NCBI GenBank assembly: GCA_965203035.1
Contig: OZ241858.1
Span: 2,347,685-2,411,684 of the forward strand
Length of the DNA stretch: 64,000 nucleotides
Reading direction: 5' to 3'
From: Candidatus Spongiisocius sp.
GTDB lineage: Bacteria; Actinomycetota; Acidimicrobiia; Spongiisociales; Spongiisociaceae
Numbering within the stretch: the stretch's first letter is position 1; each line of letters starts with the position of its first letter. The notes beneath the pieces were generated by a model that saw only the letters and a list, made by a program, of their open reading frames with translations, was not told the origin of the DNA and did not search any database. This document shows, one piece after another, positions 1 through 9,688 of this stretch. The translations under genes and the position numbers were made by a program.

Positions 1-549
1 GGCGGTGCACCGGGCTACCTGGGAGTTACCCCTGATCTCTCCTGCCTGGGCAAGGCGATAGGAGGCGGCTTGCCTCTCTCCGCTCTGGGAGGTCGGGCCG
101 ACATCATGGAGGAGGTGCTGGGACCCGATTCGGTTGCCAGAGGTAGCCGCATCTTCCACTCCGGCACCTTTACCGGAAACCCGCTGTCGCTTGCGGCGGG
201 CACGGCGGTCCTGGACGTTCTGGAGGCAGAGCCCGTGCTCGAGCACCTCGATTGCCTCGGTGGTCGACTGCTGTCCACCCTCCAGGAAGTCCTCGACTCC
301 CACCGGATGGGGCAGATGTCGGGGTTCGGGTCGATCTTCCAGCTTCACTTCACCGATGCACCTCCCCGTAATCGACGCGACGTACTCGCCGGAGATCATG
401 ATCTGCTGACCGCCGTCCTCCTCGGTCTCTGCGCCCACGGGATGCTGTGGCCGCCGGTGCACCCCGGAGTCGTGGCCTACGGTCACACCGAGGCCGACAT
501 CGACCTGCTGGCCGCCGCCCTGGACACGGTGCTGGGAATGGTGGCCTGA
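1..549 (+). CDS. Class III aminotransferase (glutamate-1-semialdehyde aminomutase-like), 5'-truncated by window edge
   Basis: Frame from base 1 reads GGAPGYLGVTPDLSCLGKAIGGGLP (PLP-lysine motif) and HSGTFTGNPLS. Confidence 0.88.
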   Translation, partial: GGAPGYLGVTPDLSCLGKAIGGGLPLSALGGRADIMEEVLGPDSVARGSRIFHSGTFTGNPLSLAAGTAVLDVLEAEPVLEHLDCLGGRLLSTLQEVLDSHRMGQMSGFGSIFQLHFTDAPPRNRRDVLAGDHDLLTAVLLGLCAHGMLWPPVHPGVVAYGHTEADIDLLAAALDTVLGMVA

Positions 550-1283
550 TGGGCGGGAGGCAGGTCGCCATCGTCACGGGAGCGGGCCGGGGCATCGGGC
601 GGGGAATCGCCACGACGCTCGCCGAGCGCGGATACGACCTGGTTATCACCTCCCGCACCGAACGGGACCTCGAGGGGACGCGAGCATCGGTGGAGGAGGC
701 GGGGGGCTCGGCGATGATCGTGGTAGCCGATCTGATGGCTCCCGGCACCGCTGCCCGGCTGGTCCGGTCGGCTCTAACCCGATTCGGGCGCTTGGACGGG
801 CTGGTGAACAACGCCGCGCTCAACATCTTCACGCCCTTCTGGGAGCAGACGGACGCCAACCTGGACCGGATGATCGACACCAACCTCACCGCGCCGTTCT
901 TCCTGTGCCAGGCCGCGGCGAACCATTGGGTCGAGAACGGCCTTCCGGGCGCGATCGTCAACATCAGCTCGGCGGAGGACACCATCGCCTATCCGGACCA
1001 GGTCCCCTACGCCTCCTCGAAGGGCGGGCTCCTCTCCATGACCAAGGTCCTGGCTCTGGAGTGGGGACCGCTCGGGATCCGGGTGAACGCAGTGAGTCCC
1101 GGTTCGGTCGACACCGACATGACTCCCGAGATCTACCGGCGGGAGGCGTCGAGTCTCATGCCGATCGGCCGGCTGGGGGAGCCGGAGGAGATCGGGACCT
1201 GCGTCCACTTCCTGCTGAGTGAGGACGCCTCCTTCGTGACCGGAACGTCACTGTACGCGGACGGCGGGTACATGCTGCAATGA
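549..1283 (+). CDS. Short-chain dehydrogenase/reductase (SDR)
   Basis: TGAGRGIG, NNAA, YASSK motifs; ATG at 549 overlaps the upstream stop (TGATG). Confidence 0.93.
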   Translation: MGGRQVAIVTGAGRGIGRGIATTLAERGYDLVITSRTERDLEGTRASVEEAGGSAMIVVADLMAPGTAARLVRSALTRFGRLDGLVNNAALNIFTPFWEQTDANLDRMIDTNLTAPFFLCQAAANHWVENGLPGAIVNISSAEDTIAYPDQVPYASSKGGLLSMTKVLALEWGPLGIRVNAVSPGSVDTDMTPEIYRREASSLMPIGRLGEPEEIGTCVHFLLSEDASFVTGTSLYADGGYMLQ

Positions 1284-2032
1284 GTGCTGACCTGGCGGGG
1301 AAGAACGCCATCGTCACCGGCGCTGCGTCGGGCATCGGCAAAGCCGCCGCCCTGAGGCTGGCGGAAGGCGGCGCCAACATCTTCTGCGTGGACCGGGACG
1401 AGGCGGGCTTGGCGCGGGTGGTCGGCATGCTGGGCCATGACCACTCCGGGTTGACCGCCGATCTGCGCCTCGCCTCGTCGTGCCGGGAGGTCGTGGCTGC
1501 CGCCCGCCGGCACTGGAACGACCGGATCCATATCCTGGTCAACGCAGCCGCGATCCTGATCCGCGAACCGACCCTGCATCATTCAAGGGCAGCCTGGAAC
1601 CTAACCTTGGACATCAACTTGAAGGCGCCGTTCCGGCTCTCCCGGGAGGTCGTAGCGACCATGATCGAAACGGGAACCCGGGGAGCGATCGTCAACGTGG
1701 GCTCCGTGGAAGCGGTACTCCCCGGACGCGGTCACGTGGCCTACACCGCCTCCAAGGGTGCGATCACCATGCTCACCCGGTCGGTGGCGTTCGAGGCGGC
1801 CCCCTACGGGATACGCGTCAATGCCGTGGCGCCCGGGGTGGTCGCCACCGGCATGAACGCAGACCTGCGCGAGGATCCCGAGAGCTGGTCGGAGATGCTG
1901 GCCGGCACCCCCATGGGCCGCCACGCCGAACCCGAGGAGATCGCGGCCGTGATTGCCTTCCTGGCATCTGACGAACCGAGCTTCGTCACCGGGGCGACAG
2001 TCACATCCGACGGCGGCTGGACGCTGCACTGA
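1280..2032 (+). CDS. Short-chain dehydrogenase/reductase (SDR)
   Basis: TGAASGIG, YTASK, RVNAVAPG motifs; ATGA overlap with the previous SDR. Confidence 0.93.
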   Translation: MSADLAGKNAIVTGAASGIGKAAALRLAEGGANIFCVDRDEAGLARVVGMLGHDHSGLTADLRLASSCREVVAAARRHWNDRIHILVNAAAILIREPTLHHSRAAWNLTLDINLKAPFRLSREVVATMIETGTRGAIVNVGSVEAVLPGRGHVAYTASKGAITMLTRSVAFEAAPYGIRVNAVAPGVVATGMNADLREDPESWSEMLAGTPMGRHAEPEEIAAVIAFLASDEPSFVTGATVTSDGGWTLH

Positions 2033-2051
2033 GCCGGGAGGAAGGTAACTC

Positions 2052-3200
2052 ATGTGGTTGGTGAAGATGCCCCGGCTCGGTCAGGACATGCAACAGGGAA
2101 CGCTGGTGGAATGGCTCAAGTCGGTTGGCGACCCGGTCGAGGAGGGAGGCCTCCTGGCCGTGATCGAGACGGAAAAGGCCGAGGTGTCCTTCGAGTCTCC
2201 GTACTCGGGCTATCTGGTGGCGGTCCTGATCGAACCCGGAACCACCGTGCCTGCAGGGACCCCGCTGGGTTGGATCGCGGACGATCCGCAAGCTCGGCCG
2301 CCAACACCGGAACCCACCTCCGAGCCGAATGCCCCTTCCGGGCAACGTAAGCCACCGGTTGCGCCGGGGAGGGCGCCGCGACCGCCCCGGCGGGCTCCCA
2401 CCCGAAAACCGGTATCACCCGTGGCCCGTCGCCGGGCCCGGGAACTCGGTGTGGATCCGGCCGAGGTGGAAGGCACCGGCCCCGGGGGAAGGGTGACCGA
2501 AGCCGACGTCATGAAGGCCCATCAGGCCGCCCGAGCCACCTCGCCGGAGCAGGGTGGGCTGTCACGCATGCGCTTGGCGATCGCCAGGCGCATGACCCGA
2601 TCGGCGGCGATCCCGCAGTTCCAGCTGATGCGGGAGATCGTTCTGGAGAAGCCGGAGGACACGGGGGAGGGCCCGAAGGTGACCTACACGGACCTGGTGC
2701 TGTGGGCGACCGCCCGGGCTCTGGCCGAACGACCGGCGGTGAACTCGAGCTGGATCGACGGGAACCCGCCCTCTATTCGCTCCCATCCCGACGTCAACCT
2801 CGGCTTTGCGGTGGCGCTGGAGGACGGCCTGATAGTGCCGGTGATCAGGGATGCCGCCTCCCTGTCTCCGGGGCAGGTTTCCTTGCGGAGGCGCCGCCTG
2901 GAGCAAGCGGCGCGCCGGGGACGGCTCGGCCCCGAGGACGTGGCTGGCGGTACGTTTACCGTGTCCAACCTGGGCGGCGCCGCCGTCGATCGGTTCATCG
3001 CCCTCATCAACCCTCCGGAGGCGGGCATCCTGGCAGTGGGCGTGGTAAAGCCCCGGCCGGTGGTGATGGACGGCGCGCTGGTAGCAGCGCCGACGGTCTG
3101 CCTGACCCTGACCGGAGATCACCGCGTCTTCGACGGCATGGAAGGGGCGAAGTTCCTGGCCGCCATAGACGCCCGGCTTCAATCCTTGGCAGCCGGTTGA
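2052..3200 (+). CDS. Dihydrolipoamide acyltransferase (E2 of a 2-oxoacid/acetoin dehydrogenase complex)
   Basis: Lipoyl domain (ETEKA), E3-binding domain (GTGPGGRV), catalytic DHRVFDG. Confidence 0.92.
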   Translation: MWLVKMPRLGQDMQQGTLVEWLKSVGDPVEEGGLLAVIETEKAEVSFESPYSGYLVAVLIEPGTTVPAGTPLGWIADDPQARPPTPEPTSEPNAPSGQRKPPVAPGRAPRPPRRAPTRKPVSPVARRRARELGVDPAEVEGTGPGGRVTEADVMKAHQAARATSPEQGGLSRMRLAIARRMTRSAAIPQFQLMREIVLEKPEDTGEGPKVTYTDLVLWATARALAERPAVNSSWIDGNPPSIRSHPDVNLGFAVALEDGLIVPVIRDAASLSPGQVSLRRRRLEQAARRGRLGPEDVAGGTFTVSNLGGAAVDRFIALINPPEAGILAVGVVKPRPVVMDGALVAAPTVCLTLTGDHRVFDGMEGAKFLAAIDARLQSLAAG

Positions 3201-3230
3201 GAACCCGAAGAGAGTGAAGAGAGGACACGA

Positions 3231-4502
3231 ATGAGCCTTTACGAGCCGACCTACATGGAAGGCACCCTCGGGACCATGGCCGTGGACTGGGAGGAGCGGA
3301 TAAACATGGCCCGCATGCGCGACGAGCGCAAGGCACGGGCTCAGCACCACATCGCCGAGGCAGGACTGGGCTCGGTGCTGCTTCTGGACGATCCCAACAT
3401 CCGGTACGTCACCGGATTGGCCATGCTGGGCGGTTCGGGGGCGGATCACTACAGCTTCCTGACGGCCGGGGGAGACGTGGTCCACTGGGACACGGCCGAC
3501 CACGCCAGCAACGAGCGCGCCAACTGCCCCTGGCTCCCCGATATCCGCTACGCCGCGCCCGGACTCGGGAACGTCCCGCGAGCCAGCGGATCGCCGTCCG
3601 CCCGCGAGTTCCTCCTCGACACCATGGCGGACCTGATCGTCGAGGCCGCCCACGACTACGAAGTACACCGCGACCCGGTGGGCATCGACTCCACCCAGCC
3701 CGCTCTGGCCACCAAGCTCCGGGAGCGGGGGCTGGTCGTCCGGGACGGGGCGGCCGATGCCCTCCATACCGCCCGGCAGACCAAGACCAAGGACGAGATC
3801 GATTGTTTCCGGGTTCTCTCGGCGATATGCGAGGCCGGGTTCATGGCCATCAAGAAGGCCGCGGAGCCGGGGATGCTGGAACAGGAGGTCTGGGGAGCGG
3901 CGGTGGAAGCCGTACTGCGCCGGGGAGGAACGGTCGAGGGAGGGTATCTCACCAGCGGCCCCAACACCTGGCCCAAGCACCAGGCCAACACCACCGACCG
4001 GATGCTCCGTCCCGGCGACATCATGTACGCCGACTTCTACAGCGCCACCTTCCAAGGCTACCGGTCGTGCGTCTACCGGACCTTCTCCATCGGCAAGCCG
4101 AGGCAAAGATCGGTGGATGCGTACAAGCGGGCCCGCGACTGGATGTACGACGCAATCGAAGCGATCCGGCCGGGTGTCACCACCGGCGAGGTGGCGATGC
4201 GCTTCCCCGACCGGGAGGGCGAGCGCATGGACTGGTACGGCGCCCGCCACCACTGGGAGATGACCACCAACCAGTGGGCGCACGGACTGGGGCTCCAGTT
4301 GTACGAACGGCCCCTGATCTGGCGGGGAATCTCCGTCGACCACCCGATCGAGATCCAGGAAGGCATGGTGATGGCGGTAGAGACCCAGGAACCGGACGGG
4401 CAGTCCGGCATGCGCGTGGAGGAGATGATCGTGGTCCGCCGCAACGGCGCCGAGGTCCTGACCCGGTGGCCGGTCGACGAGATCACCGTGATCGACTTCT
4501 GA
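3231..4502 (+). CDS. M24 (Xaa-Pro peptidase/creatinase-fold) hydrolase
   Basis: NIRYVTG N-domain; HGLGL, AVET, RVEE metal-site motifs; RBS GAGGA. Confidence 0.88.
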   Translation: MSLYEPTYMEGTLGTMAVDWEERINMARMRDERKARAQHHIAEAGLGSVLLLDDPNIRYVTGLAMLGGSGADHYSFLTAGGDVVHWDTADHASNERANCPWLPDIRYAAPGLGNVPRASGSPSAREFLLDTMADLIVEAAHDYEVHRDPVGIDSTQPALATKLRERGLVVRDGAADALHTARQTKTKDEIDCFRVLSAICEAGFMAIKKAAEPGMLEQEVWGAAVEAVLRRGGTVEGGYLTSGPNTWPKHQANTTDRMLRPGDIMYADFYSATFQGYRSCVYRTFSIGKPRQRSVDAYKRARDWMYDAIEAIRPGVTTGEVAMRFPDREGERMDWYGARHHWEMTTNQWAHGLGLQLYERPLIWRGISVDHPIEIQEGMVMAVETQEPDGQSGMRVEEMIVVRRNGAEVLTRWPVDEITVIDF

Positions 4503-4534
4503 GGCTGGGGAGCTACCGTCCCCTCTCAGGACTT

Positions 4535-5389
4535 CTAGGACTCGCCCAGAAAGGACCGGGCGGTTCTGGCCACGGCATAGTCCACCATCCGGCCCTCCAC
4601 GCTGACGGCCGCCGTCCCCCCGGATTCAGCCTCTGCGAATGCCTCCAGAATGGCCCGATGGCGGGCCACCTCTTCGTCGGTCGGGGTGAACACCTCGTTG
4701 ATGACGTCCACCTGCGCGGGGTGGATGGCGAGTTTGGCCGAGTAGCCGATACGGCGGGCCAGCCGGCTCTCGGTCCGGAGCCCCTCCAGGTTGCGGTAGT
4801 CCATGAACACGCCGTCAATCGGCTGCGCTATTCCTGCTGAACGGGCCGCGAGCAGGACCCGGGAGCGGGAGTAATGCAACCCGGTGCCCTCGGGCTCCCA
4901 TCGCACCCGGAGATCGGCCACCAGGTCCCCCTGCTCCCCGCTTCCGAGCATGACCGCCTCCACCCTCTGGCATCCTCCGACGATCTCGAAGGCATTCCGG
5001 ACTCCCATCGCCGTCTCGATCATCGGAATCAGGGCGACCGACCCGTCCGGCCGGCCTGTCGCCGCCTCGAGTGCGCTGAGAGCGCCGCATGCCTTCAACA
5101 CGACCCGGCGCTGTTCCGCCTTGGGGATGATCACCCCATCGGCACCGGCACGGGCCGCTGCCACCAGGTCTTCCCACATCAGGCCTGTGTCGAATCCGTT
5201 GAGGCGCACGAAGAAGGAAGCCTCGCCATCGGGCAAGCATCCGAGATTCGCCCGGGCCTCCTCCTTTACGCCCGCTGCCACCGCATCCTCGAGATCGACG
5301 ATCACGCCATCGGCGGGGGACCGCGCCGCCTTGGCTATCAGGTCGGGGCGATCACCCGGCGCGAACAGCATTGAGCGGACCGCTTTCAT
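4535..5389 (-). CDS. CitE/HpcH-family CoA-ester lyase
   Basis: RSMLFAPG, DLEDAV, IIPK, MIET, AIHPAQV, GRMVD motifs. Confidence 0.9.
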   Translation of the reverse strand: MKAVRSMLFAPGDRPDLIAKAARSPADGVIVDLEDAVAAGVKEEARANLGCLPDGEASFFVRLNGFDTGLMWEDLVAAARAGADGVIIPKAEQRRVVLKACGALSALEAATGRPDGSVALIPMIETAMGVRNAFEIVGGCQRVEAVMLGSGEQGDLVADLRVRWEPEGTGLHYSRSRVLLAARSAGIAQPIDGVFMDYRNLEGLRTESRLARRIGYSAKLAIHPAQVDVINEVFTPTDEEVARHRAILEAFAEAESGGTAAVSVEGRMVDYAVARTARSFLGES

Positions 5390-5500
5390 GCCAGGCTACG
5401 TCCTCCTTCTACGACCAGGGTGTTAACGAGTCTATGCGGCCGGGCGCGGAGGCGTGATGGAATCCCGGCCGCGTCAGCGTCGTCGTTGCGCCCACCCGCC

Positions 5501-7219
5501 CTACACCCTCTCCGTCTCAGGTGACCGGGACAGGATGGCCAGGCGCCCGATGTCACCATCCACCGCCACTACGACATCCTCGCTGCGTTCCGGAGTGTGG
5601 GGCCGATCACCGATCAGTGCTTCGAGGTCAACACCGCAGACCGCCGGCACGCCCAGCCATCCCGCCACCTCGAACAGATGGGCGCCGGGTCCGCCCGCTT
5701 CGGTCACCAGACCCGCCGCGTTCCACAGCAACGGGGCGAGGTTGACCACGGGCCGGGCTGCGACGATGATCTCGCGAGGGCCGGAAGCAGCAGCGTCGTC
5801 GGCACTGCGGACCATTCGCAGCCTTCCGGCTCCCCACCCACCTGCGGCCGGCTGTCCGGGCACCGTCCTGCCCAGCGAGGCGATCACGTCGTGAATGAAG
5901 GGATCCCACCGGCCGACTCCGATCCGCCGGCTCGTGCCGTCTCGCCACGCCGGCGGACTGGTCAGGGAGTCCGGAGAGGCGAGATCGAGATACCACATCC
6001 AGCCGGGATGCGGAATCTGCCCGGATCGGATGAGAGCATCGGCCAGGCACCCCAGATTCTCCAGGTGCCCCTCCACCAGATCAGGGTCCGGGGCGGAGGT
6101 GCAGGACAGCAACCTGGCGATGGGAGAGCCGTCGCCTTCGCGAAGCTGCGCCCAGGCTCGCTCGAAGGCCTCGGTGATGCCACCGCCCTTCCATCTTTGC
6201 GAGACCAGCAGTGCGGCGCTCCTCCGCGTCTCGGCCACCAGCGTCGCCGCGTCCTTGCGGGATGGCCGGACCCGCAAGCCGGGGAGCTCGTCCAGGCCGA
6301 TAGCCCAAGGCCAGACCAGGCGTTCGCCCACGGGGCCCGGATAGCGGAGCATCATCCGGACGGCATCGCCGAGCCGAGGGTGGTGCGTCCCGACCGTCAT
6401 GGACGGCTTCTCGCGACGGGTAGGCCGCGGATCGGGCACGGGCTGGGCTTGGAGCAGGTATACCTCCCCGTCCTCTCCCATGGCCCACTCGATATGGGCG
6501 TATCCGAGTTCCCTTCCAACCCCCCTGGCCAGATCGGCCACACGAACCGCAACCTCCCGGGAGACCGGCGAGTCCTCCCTTGCCTCCACCGAGTCATTGC
6601 CGGCCACGACCGACGCGTGCCCGCTCTGCCATCCGGCCACCAGGGACGCCGGGTGCCCTGCCATGCCGACGATCCTGACCTCTTCCGCCTGCCCGAGGGT
6701 GGCCACACCGCCACAGCTCGTCCGTAGACGCGTCTGTACCAGGACGGCCATCCCGATGTCGGGGGGCGAGATCCCGATGGCCTCGACCCGTTTCAGGACA
6801 CCGGGGCCGAAGACGGATGCCCAGCATCCGACGACGCCGGCCGGGACCTCGTCCGACCGGAGGCTCAGGTAGGAGGAAAAGGCGCCCGCCCACACTCCTT
6901 CCGCCTCGGCCCGGCTGGAGGATCGGACCACCACCACGCCACCCAACCGGTCGGCGGCCTCGACCATCCCCCGTGCGAGCGGGTGCGGGGCGTGGTTGTA
7001 GACCGCGGCGCGCGCCGATCCCGAGTTGCCGGAGCGTCCCAGCGCCGCCTGTCCTCGACGGATGGCGGGAACGGAGGCCTCGACAGGAACCACGAACCCG
7101 TCGGGAACCGGGAACCCGATCGCACGAGCCCGTGCAAGCCTGCCGGCCTTGGCGCCCACCAGCGCAGGGTTTCGAGCATCCGCCTCGTCGAGCCAGACCA
7201 GGCGCACTGCTCGGGACAT
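5501..7219 (-). CDS. PEP-synthase-like phosphotransferase (nucleotide-binding domain plus phospho-His swivel domain)
   Basis: GAKAGRL, PVPDGFVV, VRSSSRAE, MAVLVQ, IEWA..YLLQAQP; C-terminal GGPGAHLFEVA..GVPAV. Confidence 0.8.
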   Translation of the reverse strand: MSRAVRLVWLDEADARNPALVGAKAGRLARARAIGFPVPDGFVVPVEASVPAIRRGQAALGRSGNSGSARAAVYNHAPHPLARGMVEAADRLGGVVVVRSSSRAEAEGVWAGAFSSYLSLRSDEVPAGVVGCWASVFGPGVLKRVEAIGISPPDIGMAVLVQTRLRTSCGGVATLGQAEEVRIVGMAGHPASLVAGWQSGHASVVAGNDSVEAREDSPVSREVAVRVADLARGVGRELGYAHIEWAMGEDGEVYLLQAQPVPDPRPTRREKPSMTVGTHHPRLGDAVRMMLRYPGPVGERLVWPWAIGLDELPGLRVRPSRKDAATLVAETRRSAALLVSQRWKGGGITEAFERAWAQLREGDGSPIARLLSCTSAPDPDLVEGHLENLGCLADALIRSGQIPHPGWMWYLDLASPDSLTSPPAWRDGTSRRIGVGRWDPFIHDVIASLGRTVPGQPAAGGWGAGRLRMVRSADDAAASGPREIIVAARPVVNLAPLLWNAAGLVTEAGGPGAHLFEVAGWLGVPAVCGVDLEALIGDRPHTPERSEDVVVAVDGDIGRLAILSRSPETERV

Positions 7220-7279
7220 GACTCAGGGCGTGTTCACGCTATGAGCGTTCGTTTGTAGTTTGCGGGTCCACGATCAAAA

Positions 7280-8518
7280 CTAGTCTACGGCGATTATCTC
7301 GTGGGACTTGTACGTCGAGACCATCTCGATTCCTGTGTCCGTCACGTACAGCATCTCCTCGAGACGGACCCCGAATCGATGGAGGATCCCGTGCTGGGTC
7401 TCCAGGGCGAAGGTCATGCCGGGCCGGATCTCCACCGGATGGTCCAGGGACCAGATGCGGGAGATCACCGGCGGGTCGTACTGGGCGAGTCCCAGACCGT
7501 GGCCCCATAGATTGGCCGCCGCCTGGTCCTCCTCCTCGTATCCCCAGACCTCCTGAGCGCTCGGCCACTTGGAAGCCACCTCAGCGGTGGTCACTCCCGG
7601 GCCGGTCGCGTCAATCGAGTCCCACAGCCACTTGTGCGCTTCGTCGTAGACACGTTGCATCTCGTCGGTCGGCTTCCCGCCGACGCAGTAGGTGCGGTAG
7701 ACGCAACTCTTGAACCCGTTCCAGGTGAGCGCCGCCAGGTCGACTATCACCAACTCTCCCGGCCGGATCATCCGGTCCGAGAAGTTCCGCCAGTTGGGCC
7801 AGGCGTTCGGTCCCGACGAAACGATCACATCCTCCACGTCCTCCATGCCGGGTATCGAGTAGAGCTTCTCGAACCCGAAGGCCGCCACCTGGTTCTCGGT
7901 CATGCCCGGTTTGATGAAGTTGGTGATCTCGTAGTGAACGTAGTCACAGATCGACCCGACCATGGAAAAGGCCTTGACCTCGTCCGGACTCTTGATGGCG
8001 CGGGCCTCCATCATGGGCGTCATCCCGTCGGTCCACTCGATCCCGTGTTGCTGGAAGGCCCCGACCAGATTGATGTCGATGAAATCCACGCCGAGAGGCT
8101 TGTCATTGACCCCGGCCTCCTCGAGGTCGTTGATCAGCGAGCGGGTGAACTTGTCGACCTGCTGGGTGGAAGCCGGACCCACGGCGCCTTTGATCCAGGC
8201 GTAGGAGTAGCGGATGTTCTCCTTCGGGATCCACGGATTATGAGCCTCGAGATGGAACCCGATGTCGCCCTGCTCGTAGACGATCGGGGGCTGGTCCTCG
8301 ATCAGTACCACGTAACGGAGGCCGGGCTTGAGCCGGTTCCACCCCGGGGTCAGGGTGGATGAGACGTAACGCATGTTCTCGTCGTAGAAGAGCAGCAGGG
8401 CGCCCAGCCCGTGGCGCTTCATTGCCTCATGGGCCCGCTTCAAGCGCCACTTGCGGACCGCGTCCCAGTTGATGCCTTCTTTCCAGTCGGTACTCAAGAC
8501 CCCGAATGCTTCCCGCAT
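7280..8518 (-). CDS. M24 (Xaa-Pro peptidase/creatinase-fold) hydrolase, paralogue of 3231-4502
   Basis: NMRYVS, ARAIKS, WGHGLGL, ALETQ, RLEE. Confidence 0.88.
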   Translation of the reverse strand: MREAFGVLSTDWKEGINWDAVRKWRLKRAHEAMKRHGLGALLLFYDENMRYVSSTLTPGWNRLKPGLRYVVLIEDQPPIVYEQGDIGFHLEAHNPWIPKENIRYSYAWIKGAVGPASTQQVDKFTRSLINDLEEAGVNDKPLGVDFIDINLVGAFQQHGIEWTDGMTPMMEARAIKSPDEVKAFSMVGSICDYVHYEITNFIKPGMTENQVAAFGFEKLYSIPGMEDVEDVIVSSGPNAWPNWRNFSDRMIRPGELVIVDLAALTWNGFKSCVYRTYCVGGKPTDEMQRVYDEAHKWLWDSIDATGPGVTTAEVASKWPSAQEVWGYEEEDQAAANLWGHGLGLAQYDPPVISRIWSLDHPVEIRPGMTFALETQHGILHRFGVRLEEMLYVTDTGIEMVSTYKSHEIIAVD

Positions 8519-8591
8519 GTCCTTCCCGGCTCGATTGCGGGCATCATACTTGGGGAGTGGTCAGGCGGTCATGCGCCCGGGCTGCCAGGGC

Positions 8592-9593
8592 TCAGGGCGT
8601 GAGAAGAACCTTGAGGTGTTCGCCGCTCCGGGCTGCGGCCAAGGCATCCGGGGCATTCTCCAGGGGAAAGCTCGCAGTGACCAGCGGGTCCAGCCGGATC
8701 CTCCCCGTGGCTGCCAGGGCTATGGCGCGGTCGTAGTCCTCGGGTCGGGCGGCTCTCGGGTAGCGCAGGGTGATCTCCTTGAAGTAGAGCTGGTAGTAGG
8801 GCATCGGTCCGCCCTCGCCGGTGACGGTGCCGTAGACGATCACCTCGCCACCGGATCCGCATAGCTCGATGGCCTGGGCCACCGTGGATCCGGTCCCCAC
8901 CGCCTCTACGACCAGGTCGGCGCCGCGGCCGCCCGAGACGTCGGCCACAACGCCGGCGGCGTCCTCGGGGGTGGCCACCGCGAGGGCGCCCAGCCGGGTG
9001 GCCAGATCCAGTTTCCAGGCAGAGCGGGTGACGCCGATGACCCTCTCCACACCGCTCGCCCGCAGCAACTGCAGATGTAACAGGCCCGACACGCCCAGCC
9101 CGACTACCACGGCCACCGAGCCGGGCATGACCGCGACGGTCTGCTGGGCGTGGACGACAGTGCCCAGCACCTGCAACAACCCGGAGGCGTCCGGGTCGAT
9201 CACATCCGGTACCACATGGAGAAAATGCTCCTCCAGCGCGATCAGCTCCGCGAACACGCCGTCCATGTCGCGCCCCAGCAGGCCGCCGTGGCGGCAGAGA
9301 TGGGGCCGGTCCGTATCGCAGAGGTAACAATTGCGGCAGTGGGTCCCCGGGTTTACCAGCACCCTCGTCCCGGAAGGCAGCCGGCCTTGGGACCCGGTCC
9401 GGCTCACCACGCCCACCATCTCGTGCCCCATGATCACCGGATAGGCGACCGGCATCGCCCCGTCCAGGATCTTCAGGTCGGTACCGCATATTCCGGCCCG
9501 CTCGAGACGCACCAGGGCGCGCCCGTTCCCGATAGGGTCGGGAACATCCCGAACCTGGAGCTCCCCCGGACCGCCGGCGCCGACGACTATCAA
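8592..9593 (-). CDS. Zinc-dependent medium-chain alcohol/sugar-alcohol dehydrogenase
   Basis: GICGTD, GHEMVG, CRNCYLC..C zinc cluster, GLGVSG. Confidence 0.92.
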   Translation of the reverse strand: MIVVGAGGPGELQVRDVPDPIGNGRALVRLERAGICGTDLKILDGAMPVAYPVIMGHEMVGVVSRTGSQGRLPSGTRVLVNPGTHCRNCYLCDTDRPHLCRHGGLLGRDMDGVFAELIALEEHFLHVVPDVIDPDASGLLQVLGTVVHAQQTVAVMPGSVAVVVGLGVSGLLHLQLLRASGVERVIGVTRSAWKLDLATRLGALAVATPEDAAGVVADVSGGRGADLVVEAVGTGSTVAQAIELCGSGGEVIVYGTVTGEGGPMPYYQLYFKEITLRYPRAARPEDYDRAIALAATGRIRLDPLVTASFPLENAPDALAAARSGEHLKVLLTP

Positions 9594-9688
9594 CTCGATC
9601 CGCCACTTTCTTCAGGTTTCCGAAACACTTTTGCGGCCACCGGTCATCCCTCGGCCCGGCCGCCCGATTACCCGGTGCCCGCCGCCCC

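Noticed and set aside
2562-4343. Long antisense or alternate-frame ORFs (e.g. 2562-4343, 12797-14200, 33269-34405, 57173-58894)
   Set aside because: Shadow ORFs typical of high-GC DNA; they overlap well-supported genes and show no motifs.
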